Part shown: piece after piece, positions 62,913 through 64,000 of the stretch
Position numbering within the stretch: the first letter of the stretch is position 1
Layout: each line of letters begins with the position of its first letter
Origin: Botryllus schlosseri
Taxonomy: Eukaryota
DNA: 64,000 nucleotides
Direction: 5' to 3'
NCBI GenBank assembly: GCA_051294905.1
Contig: CM119372.1
Coordinates: forward strand, 29,514,001-29,578,000
Translations under genes and position numbers: made by a program
Notes under the pieces: generated by a model
Databases searched by the model: none
What the model saw: only the letters and a program-made list of their open reading frames with translations
What the model was told of the DNA's origin: nothing

Positions 62913-63224
62913 ATATCAAGTGTAAAATCAAATTCAACTCAATTTTATTTCAAATTGTTCCACTGTGATAATCTATGGAAATAGTATATTGAGTATAAAA
63001 CGCCCTGATTATTCACATATGGTGATTTGCGATTTTTTGGTGATATTTGTTGATAGGTTTCAAGATACACAATTTTAATATGAATATATTATTCACCTTG
63101 TAATTAGATTTCTGTTGAGTGAATCTGATGTGGTTTTTGATGTTCGATGATCGTCCCGTGCGAATGCGTAATTTCAAGTAGAACCGCAGAAGAAAACTGG
63201 ACTATTGTTTAGCAACACGTAGAC

Positions 63225-63795
63225 AGGCCAATATTGTATTCCTTTATAAAGTGACATAGTAACTATGATACATTCTTTAAATCGAGTGTATTGTATAGTA
63301 CTGTCTTGCGCAGCGCACATCCTGCATCCGCGGAAGTTGAGTAATTGTATGTATCCTGATACTTTGATATCATAAAATATAGGCGTTGTTGCCCGCAGCA
63401 TGCCTGGTATGGATAATGTACTCTTTTATATGGTGACATAGTAACTATGATACCTTCTTCAAATCGAGTGTAGCTCGTTTAGTGCAGTGTAGTGTAGTGC
63501 GGTCTTGCGTATCCTACTTCCGGCATCTGCGGAAGTTACTTTTTAATTGTGTCAATCTTAACACCTTGACATTATAAAATAAAGACGTTATTTCCTGCCG
63601 CAGGCTTGATATGGATATTGTACTCTGTGGTGACATAGTAGCTATGATGCCTTTTTCTAATCGAATGCAATGAATAGTGCAGTCTTGCGTATCGTACTTC
63701 CTGCATCTGCAGAGGTTTCGTAATTGTACGAATCTTGATACCTTGATATCATAAAATGAAGGTGTTGTTGCCTGCAGCATGCCTGGTATAGATGT
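63225..63795. repeat. Diverged tandem repeat, three units of ~180-197 bp
   Basis: GTGACATAGTA(A/G)CTATGAT at 63251, 63433 and 63630. Confidence 0.75.
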
Positions 63796-64000
63796 GCCTG
63801 GGATCGGGTGAATTTTAAAACGTTACTTCATAAGTTTCCTTGACATAATTCCCTGTAATGGAAGTAGTATGTAATCGCAATAACAGGATAGCATAGTTGC
63901 CATTGACATTTATCGTAAAAGTCGGCTGATTAGGCTACGATACCAAATTTCGAGTCTGTTGCACGTCACTGTGACTATACCTTCCAGTAGCCCACATTTA

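Overview
This is eukaryotic, AT-rich, repeat-saturated DNA. It looks like an animal (invertebrate) genome, but that is an inference. I found no convincing host protein-coding gene, rRNA, true tRNA or CRISPR array. The window is a nest of transposable elements. Two look intact. (1) A full-length ~4.9 kb L1/Tx1-type non-LTR retrotransposon (50530-55457) has a zinc-knuckle ORF1, an APE-RT-CCHC ORF2, a polyA tail and an 8-bp TSD. It sits inside a 664-bp-type palindromic hAT-type MITE, and an empty copy of that MITE lies at 3847-4510. (2) A hATm-type DNA transposon (27001-30704) has a 775-aa transposase and 144-bp TIRs, and is nested in a MITE that is itself nested in a SINE. Also present: a decayed Harbinger, two CMC/EnSpm-like copies with DUF4806-like pseudo-exons, a P-element-like element with a THAP remnant, a foldback-like element, several tRNA-derived SINEs, many hAT MITEs with 8-bp TSDs, and a near-identical 1441-bp tandem duplication. 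The best candidate for something new is the Tx1-like element: it may target the MITE family specifically, and the conserved N-terminus of its ORF2 has no AUG. Family assignments come from recalled motifs, not database searches.
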